Of a stretch of 64,000 nt of DNA, positions 49,128 to 56,652 are shown piece by piece. A program made the translations under genes and the position numbers. How positions within the stretch are numbered: the stretch's first letter is position 1; each line of letters starts with the position of its first letter. The DNA comes from Candidatus Micrarchaeota archaeon (GTDB taxonomy: Archaea > Iainarchaeota > Iainarchaeia > Iainarchaeales > JAGVWC01), in assembly GCA_043803815.1 (NCBI GenBank), contig JAZDJR010000014.1, positions 1 through 64,000 of the forward strand, read 5' to 3'. The notes under the pieces are model-generated. The model ran no database searches. It worked only from the letters and a program-made list of their open reading frames with translations, and was not told the DNA's origin.

Positions 49128-50201
49128 ATGCGTGTTGGTTTTGGGGATGCTGCTATTCGCACCGAGTTTTTTGAACTGGCTAAAGCAGGAGCGAGCTGCA
49201 AGACTTGGCAGGTATTCAGCCAATTGCTAAAAATGAGACGAACAAGATTGGAGCGTTTTCGGTATGGTCAGCAACTGTTTTCAGAGGAATTATTTGAAAA
49301 ACTCTTGGGATTTTTGCCTGGAGATGAACGGGAAAAATTTCGAAAATCCACTGTTTTTAACTCTGATAATTGGGGGCAAGTCAAGGGAGGAAAAAGGACG
49401 GCGAAATTGCATCCCGAGAATTATGAGCGGGCGCGTCAATTTGCAATTAATGCAACAAAAGAAAAAGCAAGATTGCAAGAAGATAACTTTGATTTGACAA
49501 TGCCTCTTTCAGAGGAGTTGTGCGAGTTGGTGGGCGCGATTATCGGAGACGGCTGCATTAGCGGATTTAAGACCAAATATGGTCACTATCAGAATCATGT
49601 TTCCATAACCGGCCACAGTGTTTTGGACAAAGATTATTTGGGTTATATGGGCAGTCTTTTGGGAAAGTTTTTTGGGATTAAAGTAACAACGCGTTTTCGA
49701 AAAACCAAAAAAGCAATGGTTGTTTTTGTTCATTCCAAACTCGTTTTTTCTTTTTTCACCAAGCGTTTCGGATTTGTTCCCGGTCCAAAGGCATTCACGG
49801 TAAAAATCCCGGAAGAAATTTTGAAATCTGAAGAGCGATTTGTTTTTTCAACGATTCGAGGAATATACGATACCGACGGCTGTATTTTTTTTGACAGGCG
49901 AAAACCATACGGCAGACCGTACCCTCGAATTTCACTGCAAATAGTAAGCAAACCGTTGGCCGAACAATTGCATGGTTTTTTACGGCGGTATTTTTCCGTT
50001 CGTTTCGGAAAAAACCGCAATCGCAACTCGTATTTCGTTGAAATTTACGGCCATGAACAATTAGCAAAGTGGATGAACTTAATCGGGTTTTCTAACCAAA
50101 AACATTTGAATCGATATTATGCTGGAATGAAGAATAGCCCGTGGGGAGATTTGAACTCCCAACCCCGTCATGGTCAGACAACAAGTTATGTATACCAATG
50201 A
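49128..50201 (+). CDS. Free-standing two-motif LAGLIDADG (DOD-type) homing endonuclease
   Basis: ELVGAIIGDG and IRGIYDTDG motifs, WGQVKGGK N-terminal motif, IGFSN C-terminus; last 66 nt are antisense to tRNA-Thr. Confidence 0.88.
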   Translation: MRVGFGDAAIRTEFFELAKAGASCKTWQVFSQLLKMRRTRLERFRYGQQLFSEELFEKLLGFLPGDEREKFRKSTVFNSDNWGQVKGGKRTAKLHPENYERARQFAINATKEKARLQEDNFDLTMPLSEELCELVGAIIGDGCISGFKTKYGHYQNHVSITGHSVLDKDYLGYMGSLLGKFFGIKVTTRFRKTKKAMVVFVHSKLVFSFFTKRFGFVPGPKAFTVKIPEEILKSEERFVFSTIRGIYDTDGCIFFDRRKPYGRPYPRISLQIVSKPLAEQLHGFLRRYFSVRFGKNRNRNSYFVEIYGHEQLAKWMNLIGFSNQKHLNRYYAGMKNSPWGDLNSQPRHGQTTSYVYQ

Positions 50202-50230
50202 CGAGCAAAACCAGGCTATGCTTCACGGGC
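50136..50230 (-). tRNA. tRNA-Thr(GGT) with 21-nt intron (50172-50192)
   Basis: GCCCGTG/CACGGGC; CGTCA-TTGGTA|A-TGACG; canonical BHB. Confidence 0.9.
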
Positions 50231-50264
50231 GAATAGCTACTAAAAACCGCTTGGAAAATGCTTT

Positions 50265-51527
50265 TTAACCCATCATTTCAAGCAGTTTGGAAAGGCCGAC
50301 CAAGGAATTGGGCAAGTCAAATTGCCCTTTTTTTTGCAAGTCCTTGACCGTTACGGTTCCTTTTTTTTCCTCGTTTTCGCCGATAATCGCGAGAAAACGG
50401 ATTCCTTTTTTTTGGCAGTACTCCGAATTTTTGGACACGTTTCGAGACAATAAGTCAAACTCCGCATTAATTCCTGCTTGCCGGAAAGCGTCGGCCGCTT
50501 TTAACGCCAAAGCGGATTGTTTTTCCGTAAACGCCATGACCAGCACCCGGGATTTGGGTGGAACTTTTTTGTTTTGTTTTTCCAAAACATCGAGCAGGCG
50601 GTCAACGCCAAACGAAATTCCGGTTGCCGGCGTTGCTTGTCCGCCGTACAATTCCACGAGCTTGTCATAGCGCCCGCCGCCGCCGACACTCGGCCCCTGC
50701 TTGGTCTTGATTTCAAAAACAAATCCGGTATAATACTCCAGTCCGCGGGCCAATGACAAGTCCAGTTTTACCGCTTCGGTCAGATTGTTTTGCTTGACCA
50801 GTTCCAAAAGCTTTTCCATTTCTTCCATCGGCTTTTTGTTTTTCAAAACCGCCTTGATTTTTTTCAAATCCTTTTCCTTTAGCACTCCAAGGATTTTTTT
50901 GCCGATTCCGCATTGCTTTAATTCTTCCTCGACCTCTTTTTCCCCGATTTTGTCAAGCTTGTCGATAGAGCGAAAACAATCCGCAATTTTTTCCTTGGGA
51001 ACCCCGCAGGAAAATGCGAGTTCTTCCAAAAGCGGGCGAGAATTCAACACCACCCAATAATCGATTTGCAATTCCTGCATGACCTTGCATCCGATTTGCA
51101 GGCATTCAAAATCCGCCAAAATTCCGGCTGCACCTATAATGTCCACGTCGCATTGCGTGAACTCGCGGTAACGCCCAGCCTGCGGCCGGTCATAGCGGTA
51201 CACGGTTCCGATTTGGTAACGCTTAAACGGCTTGGGCAAAGTGGAATTTGAGGCAATTACCCTGCCCAAAGGAACGGTTAAGTCAAACCGCAATCCGAGT
51301 TCGCGGTCGCTTTTGTCCTTGAAATAATAAATCTCGTTTTTGATGGCTTCTCCGCCAGAACCTTTTTTTGCCAGCAACCCGAAATCTTCCACTATCGGCG
51401 TCTGCAAGGGCTCAAAGCCAAAACTTTCAAACACGTTTCTGCAGGTGTCTTCAATGGACTGCTTGACGCGCATCTGGTCAGGCAAAAAATCGCGCATTCC
51501 CCGAACCGTCTGAAATTTTTCCGTCAT
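50265..51527 (-). CDS. hisS: Histidine--tRNA ligase
   Basis: RGMRDF, LRFDLTVP, GRYREFTQ, RGLEYYTG and GGGRYD. Confidence 0.96.
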   Translation of the reverse strand: MTEKFQTVRGMRDFLPDQMRVKQSIEDTCRNVFESFGFEPLQTPIVEDFGLLAKKGSGGEAIKNEIYYFKDKSDRELGLRFDLTVPLGRVIASNSTLPKPFKRYQIGTVYRYDRPQAGRYREFTQCDVDIIGAAGILADFECLQIGCKVMQELQIDYWVVLNSRPLLEELAFSCGVPKEKIADCFRSIDKLDKIGEKEVEEELKQCGIGKKILGVLKEKDLKKIKAVLKNKKPMEEMEKLLELVKQNNLTEAVKLDLSLARGLEYYTGFVFEIKTKQGPSVGGGGRYDKLVELYGGQATPATGISFGVDRLLDVLEKQNKKVPPKSRVLVMAFTEKQSALALKAADAFRQAGINAEFDLLSRNVSKNSEYCQKKGIRFLAIIGENEEKKGTVTVKDLQKKGQFDLPNSLVGLSKLLEMMG

Positions 51528-51529
51528 TT

Positions 51530-52030
51530 TTATCTTCCTCGCCCCGTTCGCCTTTGTTGTATTTGTGTTAATAGAATGGTTTTCAATCTTGACAGTGCAG
51601 GATCACTAAAATTGTATTTTTGTTGCAAGTTCAAAAGACCCATCGGCAATGTTTCCGGCCTTTCCACCATTTTTTGAAAAACCGGCAATGATTGGATTCC
51701 TTTTTCGGCAACCATTGCAACGTGCTGGGGGTTGCCGCGCGATTGGCCTTCTGCCAGTTCGCTAACCAGAATCCTGGCAAATCCATCGTCTGGGCATTGC
51801 TCTTTTAATTTGGAAACCAAAGCGCCGAGATTTTTTGGAGTAATAAATTCCCTTTTGATTGCTTCCCCAAAAACTCCCTGTTGGGTGGGGGAAAGCCGCG
51901 GAAACTTATTTCTTAATTGGTCGGAAAGAATGCTCTGTTCGGTTTGTCTTGGGTTTCCTCTTTGCGTTTGTCTTGGCATAATCCGACTCCGGCTACTAGA
52001 ACCACGTCCTGCCTGAGAATATCTTACCAT
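51530..52030 (-). CDS. Hypothetical protein with basic R/Q-rich termini
   Basis: 166-aa ORF from ATG 52030 with GGTGA RBS; no recognisable family. Confidence 0.55.
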   Translation of the reverse strand: MVRYSQAGRGSSSRSRIMPRQTQRGNPRQTEQSILSDQLRNKFPRLSPTQQGVFGEAIKREFITPKNLGALVSKLKEQCPDDGFARILVSELAEGQSRGNPQHVAMVAEKGIQSLPVFQKMVERPETLPMGLLNLQQKYNFSDPALSRLKTILLTQIQQRRTGRGR

Positions 52031-52163
52031 TAAATAATCACCCGCCTTTGAAAAAGCAAAGTTCGATTTTCTTTTCTTTCTTTTGAATAAAGCCGATTTT
52101 CTTTTCTTTTCGCACCTTGCGCGTTTTTCCCAGGTTTTTTTGCATAAGCAAAAAAAGCTGTAG

Positions 52164-52238
52164 GGCGGCAACCGAGATTTGAACTCGGGTTCCAAGCGCC
52201 ACAGGCTTGTGTCCTAACCAGGCTGGACGATTGCCGCC
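52164..52238 (-). tRNA. tRNA-His(GTG) with encoded G-1
   Basis: GGCGGCAA/TTGCCGCC acceptor stem; CAAGC-CTGTGGC-GCTTG. Confidence 0.92.
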
Positions 52239-52390
52239 GCACGATTGCGTACGTGCGCTCCGCGCACTTTGTGGTCGCAAGCGACCACAAGAGAGCTGCA
52301 TAGTCTTTTTTCCCCATGCTTTTTGGCTGTGGCCAAAAAGGCTGCTCGGGCGATTGCCGCCACAGCGCCCTTTCGATGGCGCGTGCCGAG

Positions 52391-52423
52391 ATACGTGTCC
52401 CATTTGCAATGGGACGGTAGTAT
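52391..52423. repeat. tRNA-associated hairpin element, copy 2
   Basis: ATAC-GT-GTCCCATT-TGC-AATGGGAC-GGTA-GTAT. Confidence 0.8.
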
Positions 52424-52716
52424 GCTTTTATGGAAATGCTCGCTTTGCTCAAATCCCCGATAATATACGGCTGACTCGGCGAAACGTAAAAGTAGGTTTT
52501 TGGCATTGTGACCGTCTGATAAGTGATAATTGAGTTAAAAATAGTGTCATCAGTTTCGATAATGAAGTCGATCACTTATCATAGACAATCAAACTAATTA
52601 CTGTGAACGAGTGTTTTAAAAGGTTTGGATAGTCCTTAACCAGTTGCTTTTTCCCAAGGGTCGTTTTTTTGGGTGAAAACGGCTTTTTAAGCTTTATTTA
52701 GGGGTTTTTTGGTAAT

Positions 52717-53631
52717 ATGGATAAAAAATTGCGGCAAAATTACGAAAAAGCGGGCGCTATTCACCAAAGCGCGGTCGCGTTTGCCCAGAAAAAACTCAAG
52801 CCCGAAACCCCGCTGCTTGGATTGGCCGTTGAAATCGAGGATTTTATTTTTGGCCGGTTAAAAGAGGAAAAACTCGACGGCGGCCTCGCGTTTCCCTTGA
52901 ATCTATCCTTAAACAATGTTGCCGCGCATTTTACCCCCGGAACTGGCGACAAAACCGTTTTGGGAAAAGACGACGTTTTAAAAGTGGACATCGGCGTTCA
53001 CGTGAAAGGCTGCATTGCCGACGGAGCGTTTACATTCAATTATTCCAATAAGCACGAAAAACAAATCGAGCTGAACAATTCGATTTTGCAGTCCGGCTTG
53101 GATTCAATCAAAGTCGGTTCCCCGATTTCGGTTGTCGGAAACGCGATTGGAAAAATAATGGAAAAAACGGATTTCAAAACCATTGAAAACCTGACCGGAC
53201 ACGGCCTAGGCGTATACCTCCAGCACGACGAACCCCAGATTCCAAATCAGCCCAACAACCTGAAAACCAAAATCACGGACGGAATGGCATTAGCCATCGA
53301 GCCGTTTGTCACAACCGGCCGCGGATTCGTTGCCGAGGCAAGCCAGGTTGAAATATTTTCCATTGAAGAGCCAAAGCCGGTCCGCGACATGAACGCGCGA
53401 AAACTATTGGATGTCATCGGAAAGCACTGGCCTTCCCTTCCCTTTGCGGAACGCCAATTGGCCAAAGAAACCGAGTTAAGCGAATTTGCGCGAAAAGTCG
53501 GCTTGCGCGAATTATCCCGCAACAAGATTTTGCACGCTTACCCCGTTTTGCAGGAGCAAAAAGACGCGATTGTCACGCAAAGCGAAAAAACCGTCCTAAT
53601 CGACGGCGACGAAGTCAAAATCATCAACTGA
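52717..53631 (+). CDS. map: Methionine aminopeptidase type II
   Basis: AFPLNLS..AAHFTP, DIGVHVKG..ADGAFT, NLTGH, AIEPF and the type II helical insert. Confidence 0.95.
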   Translation: MDKKLRQNYEKAGAIHQSAVAFAQKKLKPETPLLGLAVEIEDFIFGRLKEEKLDGGLAFPLNLSLNNVAAHFTPGTGDKTVLGKDDVLKVDIGVHVKGCIADGAFTFNYSNKHEKQIELNNSILQSGLDSIKVGSPISVVGNAIGKIMEKTDFKTIENLTGHGLGVYLQHDEPQIPNQPNNLKTKITDGMALAIEPFVTTGRGFVAEASQVEIFSIEEPKPVRDMNARKLLDVIGKHWPSLPFAERQLAKETELSEFARKVGLRELSRNKILHAYPVLQEQKDAIVTQSEKTVLIDGDEVKIIN

Positions 53632-53736
53632 ACGGTTTGAAAGGAAAAAATTTCCATCCTTAAAATAACCACATTTATTTAAAACAAAAGCAAAAGAAGT
53701 GTATAGTTAACCAATCAGAACAGCCAAACAAAAGCT

Positions 53737-53892
53737 GGTCCCGTAGTATAGCCTGGATAGTATACAAGCTTGCGGTAACCTTTTAGGAAAAGGTTAGCGA
53801 AAAAAATACGTCGTCCTGTTTTCAACAGGACAGCGGTATGTTCGCAAAGTTGCAATGAGCTTGGGACCTGGGTTCGAATCCCAGCGGGATCG
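53737..53892 (+). tRNA. tRNA-Arg(GCG) with 82-nt intron (53776-53857)
   Basis: GGTCCCG/CGGGATC; CAAGC-TTGCGG|A-GCTTG; TTGC/GCAA BHB helix. Confidence 0.9.
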
Positions 53893-53955
53893 CACACTTT
53901 TTCCCCGGGCTTTTTTAATAAAAAAGGCCGGGATTGGAATCCCAGCGGGATCGCA
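53876..53955 (+). repeat. 19-bp direct repeat of the tRNA-Arg 3' end (att-like)
   Basis: GAATCCCAGCGGGATCGCA at 53876-53894 and 53937-53955. Confidence 0.85.
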
Positions 53956-53972
53956 AAATTTTTGGTGAAAAA

Positions 53973-54308
53973 GTGGACGCCATTTCATGGAATGATTTTG
54001 AAAAGGTCGGCCTTTGCGTGGGCACAATCATTAAAGTGGAAACTTTTCCGGAAGCCAAAAAACCCGCGTACAAGATTTGGGTTGATTTTGGAGAATACGG
54101 AGTCAAAAAATCCAGCGCTCAAATTACTCATTGGTACACGAAAGAAGAACTGGTTGGAAAGCAAATTATCGGCGTAATTAATTTTCCCGTCAAGCAAATT
54201 GCCAATTTTGCGTCCGAGTTTTTGACCGCTGGGTTTGTACGGCCCGACGGAAAAGTTGTTCTGGCAGTTCCGGAAAAAGAAGTTCCCAACGGTTCTAAGC
54301 TTGCTTAA
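53973..54308 (+). CDS. csaA: CsaA/Trbp111 tRNA-binding protein
   Basis: [33 protein letters not shown]; GTG start after GGTGA. Confidence 0.9.
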   Translation: MDAISWNDFEKVGLCVGTIIKVETFPEAKKPAYKIWVDFGEYGVKKSSAQITHWYTKEELVGKQIIGVINFPVKQIANFASEFLTAGFVRPDGKVVLAVPEKEVPNGSKLA

Positions 54309-54387
54309 AAAATCGAATAATCCAGCGAAAATTCTTTTATCGGTCTATTTTTTGTTGGACTCCGCAAAACTAAATAAAAAAAGCTTT

Positions 54388-54472
54388 TGCAGGAGGGCGG
54401 ATTCGAACCGCCGAAAGGCACTAAGCCGGTAGCCCCTGGAGCTACTGGAATTGACCGCTATCCGACTCCTGC
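54388..54472 (-). tRNA. tRNA-Leu(CAG)
   Basis: GCAGGAG/CTCCTGC, GTAGC-TCCAGGG-GCTAC, long variable arm. Confidence 0.85.
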
Positions 54473-54528
54473 GGTATGTGAAATACCGGCCAAAAACCCT
54501 TAAATACCGCATATTCCTTTGAATTAGC

Positions 54529-55683
54529 ATGGAAGCCCAAAACCAAAAAGCGCCGATATTCGGTTTTTTGGCGTTTTTGTTCTCTTTTTTGGCGGCGTTT
54601 TTGTTTTTCAATGTCGGCTTGTCCACCAACGATTTTTTTTCCTTCAGTTTTTCCGGCAAAATCGCCAAAATCCTTTCGGTTAATTTTGCCTTGTTTTTAT
54701 TGTCGGTTCCCTTGCTGGGCGTTTTGGCCAGCGCGGCAAGTTTTTGGATTGAAAAAAAAATCGCGTGGCTTTCTTTGGGAATCGGAAGCGCCGTCGGATT
54801 GGGATTGTCAGTCGTTGTTTTTCCGAGTTTGGCGGATTTTTTTTGGGTCGGGGTTTTTTTCGTAATCGGCGTTTTGGTTTCAATCCAGCAAGTGTACATG
54901 AAAAAAGACGAGTTAAAGCACTGGATAACGTTTCGCCTGGCCAAAATAGGAGTGCAACGGCATTTGGCTTTGGTTGCCGTCGGCTTAATCCTGTTTTCCG
55001 CGGCGACCATTTTGCCGCAAAAAAGCATGTTTGCCGAAAAGTTTGAAAACGATTTGGCGGATACCATTTTTTCGGGCAATTCGACCGGAAACCTCAAAAC
55101 CCAGCTGTCCGATTCGCTTGCGGAAACGTCCGTTCAAAGCCAGCGCCAATTGCTCAACCAGCTTGTTTTGCTTCCGCAGTACACCGCGCTTCGCGATGAC
55201 ATGCAAAACACCAAAACCCAGGCGTTTGTTTCCGTCATGGGGCAATTGCAGTCCACAGTGAATTCGGATTCCTACAAAAAAACAATTCAGGACCAAATCG
55301 AACAGCAAACCGCAGGCGTCACCGTGAATCCTGCCGAAGTATTCAACAAAGTCAAGGAAAACTTTCCGCTGTTTACGGCTTTCGGGGAATGGCTATGGCT
55401 CATTTTCGGCGTCGGCTTGGCCAGCATGTTCTTGTTTTTTTCCTCGTTTATTTTAGCTCCATTGGGAATGGTTTACGGTTTTTTGCTGAACAAAATTTTT
55501 AAAACCGCGTGGAAACCGCAGGCCGTTTCGGCTTCTCCGCAAGCGGTTTTTGCGGCGCCCCTTGCGGCTCCCGAAACCCCAAAGCCCGTTTCGCCAGCTT
55601 ATTCGTCGTCGATTTCACCGGACGAAATGCAAAAACTAAAAGACGAACTCAAAAAACAGCTGGAACAAAGCCGGCCGATTTGA
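54529..55683 (+). CDS. Multi-pass membrane protein of unknown function
   Basis: About 5 N-terminal TMs, a soluble helical loop and a C-terminal TM. Confidence 0.75.
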   Translation: MEAQNQKAPIFGFLAFLFSFLAAFLFFNVGLSTNDFFSFSFSGKIAKILSVNFALFLLSVPLLGVLASAASFWIEKKIAWLSLGIGSAVGLGLSVVVFPSLADFFWVGVFFVIGVLVSIQQVYMKKDELKHWITFRLAKIGVQRHLALVAVGLILFSAATILPQKSMFAEKFENDLADTIFSGNSTGNLKTQLSDSLAETSVQSQRQLLNQLVLLPQYTALRDDMQNTKTQAFVSVMGQLQSTVNSDSYKKTIQDQIEQQTAGVTVNPAEVFNKVKENFPLFTAFGEWLWLIFGVGLASMFLFFSSFILAPLGMVYGFLLNKIFKTAWKPQAVSASPQAVFAAPLAAPETPKPVSPAYSSSISPDEMQKLKDELKKQLEQSRPI

Positions 55684-55688
55684 GTTTT

Positions 55689-56282
55689 TCAGATTAAACC
55701 CAGTACGCAGCAAAGCTGGTCAATGCAATCCTCTGCTTGCGCATAAACCGATTCGTTGGGCAGGCAGCTATTCCGGCAAAACCCGCCGTTAGAAGAACAA
55801 TACGCCGGGTCGCAGGCACCGCAATCGTCCGGGCAATTCGCGCAGGTTTCGGGATTTTCGCAGAGCTCGTTTCCGCAAAACGAACTCGTGGAGTTTGAAT
55901 CGCCGTTGAAATCCGAGCCTGTTAAAGAATCGTCATTTTCGGAAGAATCCGGAACGGAAGAGCCGTTCGCCATTCCTGCTAAACCGTCTCTTCCCGAATC
56001 TCCGGCAATGCCGTTTTGGTTTTCGGTATTTTGATTGGGCGCGGGGTTTGCCGGATTGGAATTTGGGTTGGTGCCTGAATCCGCCGCATCGGCTAAATCC
56101 GTATCGGATTGGCCGGCATCCTGATTGGAAGAACCCTTATCCTGATTGACATTGAAAAACGATTTTGGGGAATTTGGATTTCCCATAATCAAAAAAACTC
56201 CCGCAGTCAAAAAAACGGCAATTAAAACAACCATTGCCAAAAAAGGAACCGAAAAAATGCGCTTTTTGATTTCAGGGTCCAT
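55689..56282 (-). CDS. Membrane-anchored protein with acidic linker and Cys-rich tail
   Basis: N-terminal TM; CGNELCENPETCANCPDDC and CxxNGGFCRNSC..CC. Confidence 0.75.
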   Translation of the reverse strand: MDPEIKKRIFSVPFLAMVVLIAVFLTAGVFLIMGNPNSPKSFFNVNQDKGSSNQDAGQSDTDLADAADSGTNPNSNPANPAPNQNTENQNGIAGDSGRDGLAGMANGSSVPDSSENDDSLTGSDFNGDSNSTSSFCGNELCENPETCANCPDDCGACDPAYCSSNGGFCRNSCLPNESVYAQAEDCIDQLCCVLGLI

Positions 56283-56329
56283 GCAACCAAAACGAAAACG
56301 GTTTATTTAACGGTTTGCCCAAAACCGCT

Positions 56330-56590
56330 TTATTCGACCAATTTGAAACGCGGAGTATCTTTTATGGGCATTTCCAGCCAGCTGTCCAAATCCCGCACAA
56401 AAAGAACGTCGGGATTGGCGATGTCATGGTAAATAACGCACACCTTATCGGTCGCTTCCTGGGTTCCTAATGCAACGACTTTGACCAAATGTTTCGGGTT
56501 TTTGTAATGGGAATAAGTCCCGCCGACTTTTACCCGTTTTTTGGCGGCAACCAATTCCTTTTCAATTGCCGAATAGCTTTTGTGCGCCAT
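56330..56590 (-). CDS. DUF1653 family protein
   Basis: GGTYSHYKN..VIY..LFVRDLDSW..PRF. Confidence 0.8.
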   Translation of the reverse strand: MAHKSYSAIEKELVAAKKRVKVGGTYSHYKNPKHLVKVVALGTQEATDKVCVIYHDIANPDVLFVRDLDSWLEMPIKDTPRFKLVE

Positions 56591-56652
56591 AGGTTTTCCA
56601 TCTATACCCCTAACAGAACAATAAAAATCCATTAGGCGGATTCGGTTTTTTT

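Noticed and set aside
49128-50201. LAGLIDADG as part of an intein
   Set aside because: No N-terminal C/S block A, no C-terminal HN motif and no flanking extein.
52239-52423. RNase P RNA or SRP RNA
   Set aside because: Lacks the GAGGAAAGUCC/P4 and SRP helix-8 motifs; too short.
52030-52575. 181-aa ORF spanning tRNA-His and its leader
   Set aside because: Runs through a tRNA gene and a hairpin-dense region; no recognisable protein features.
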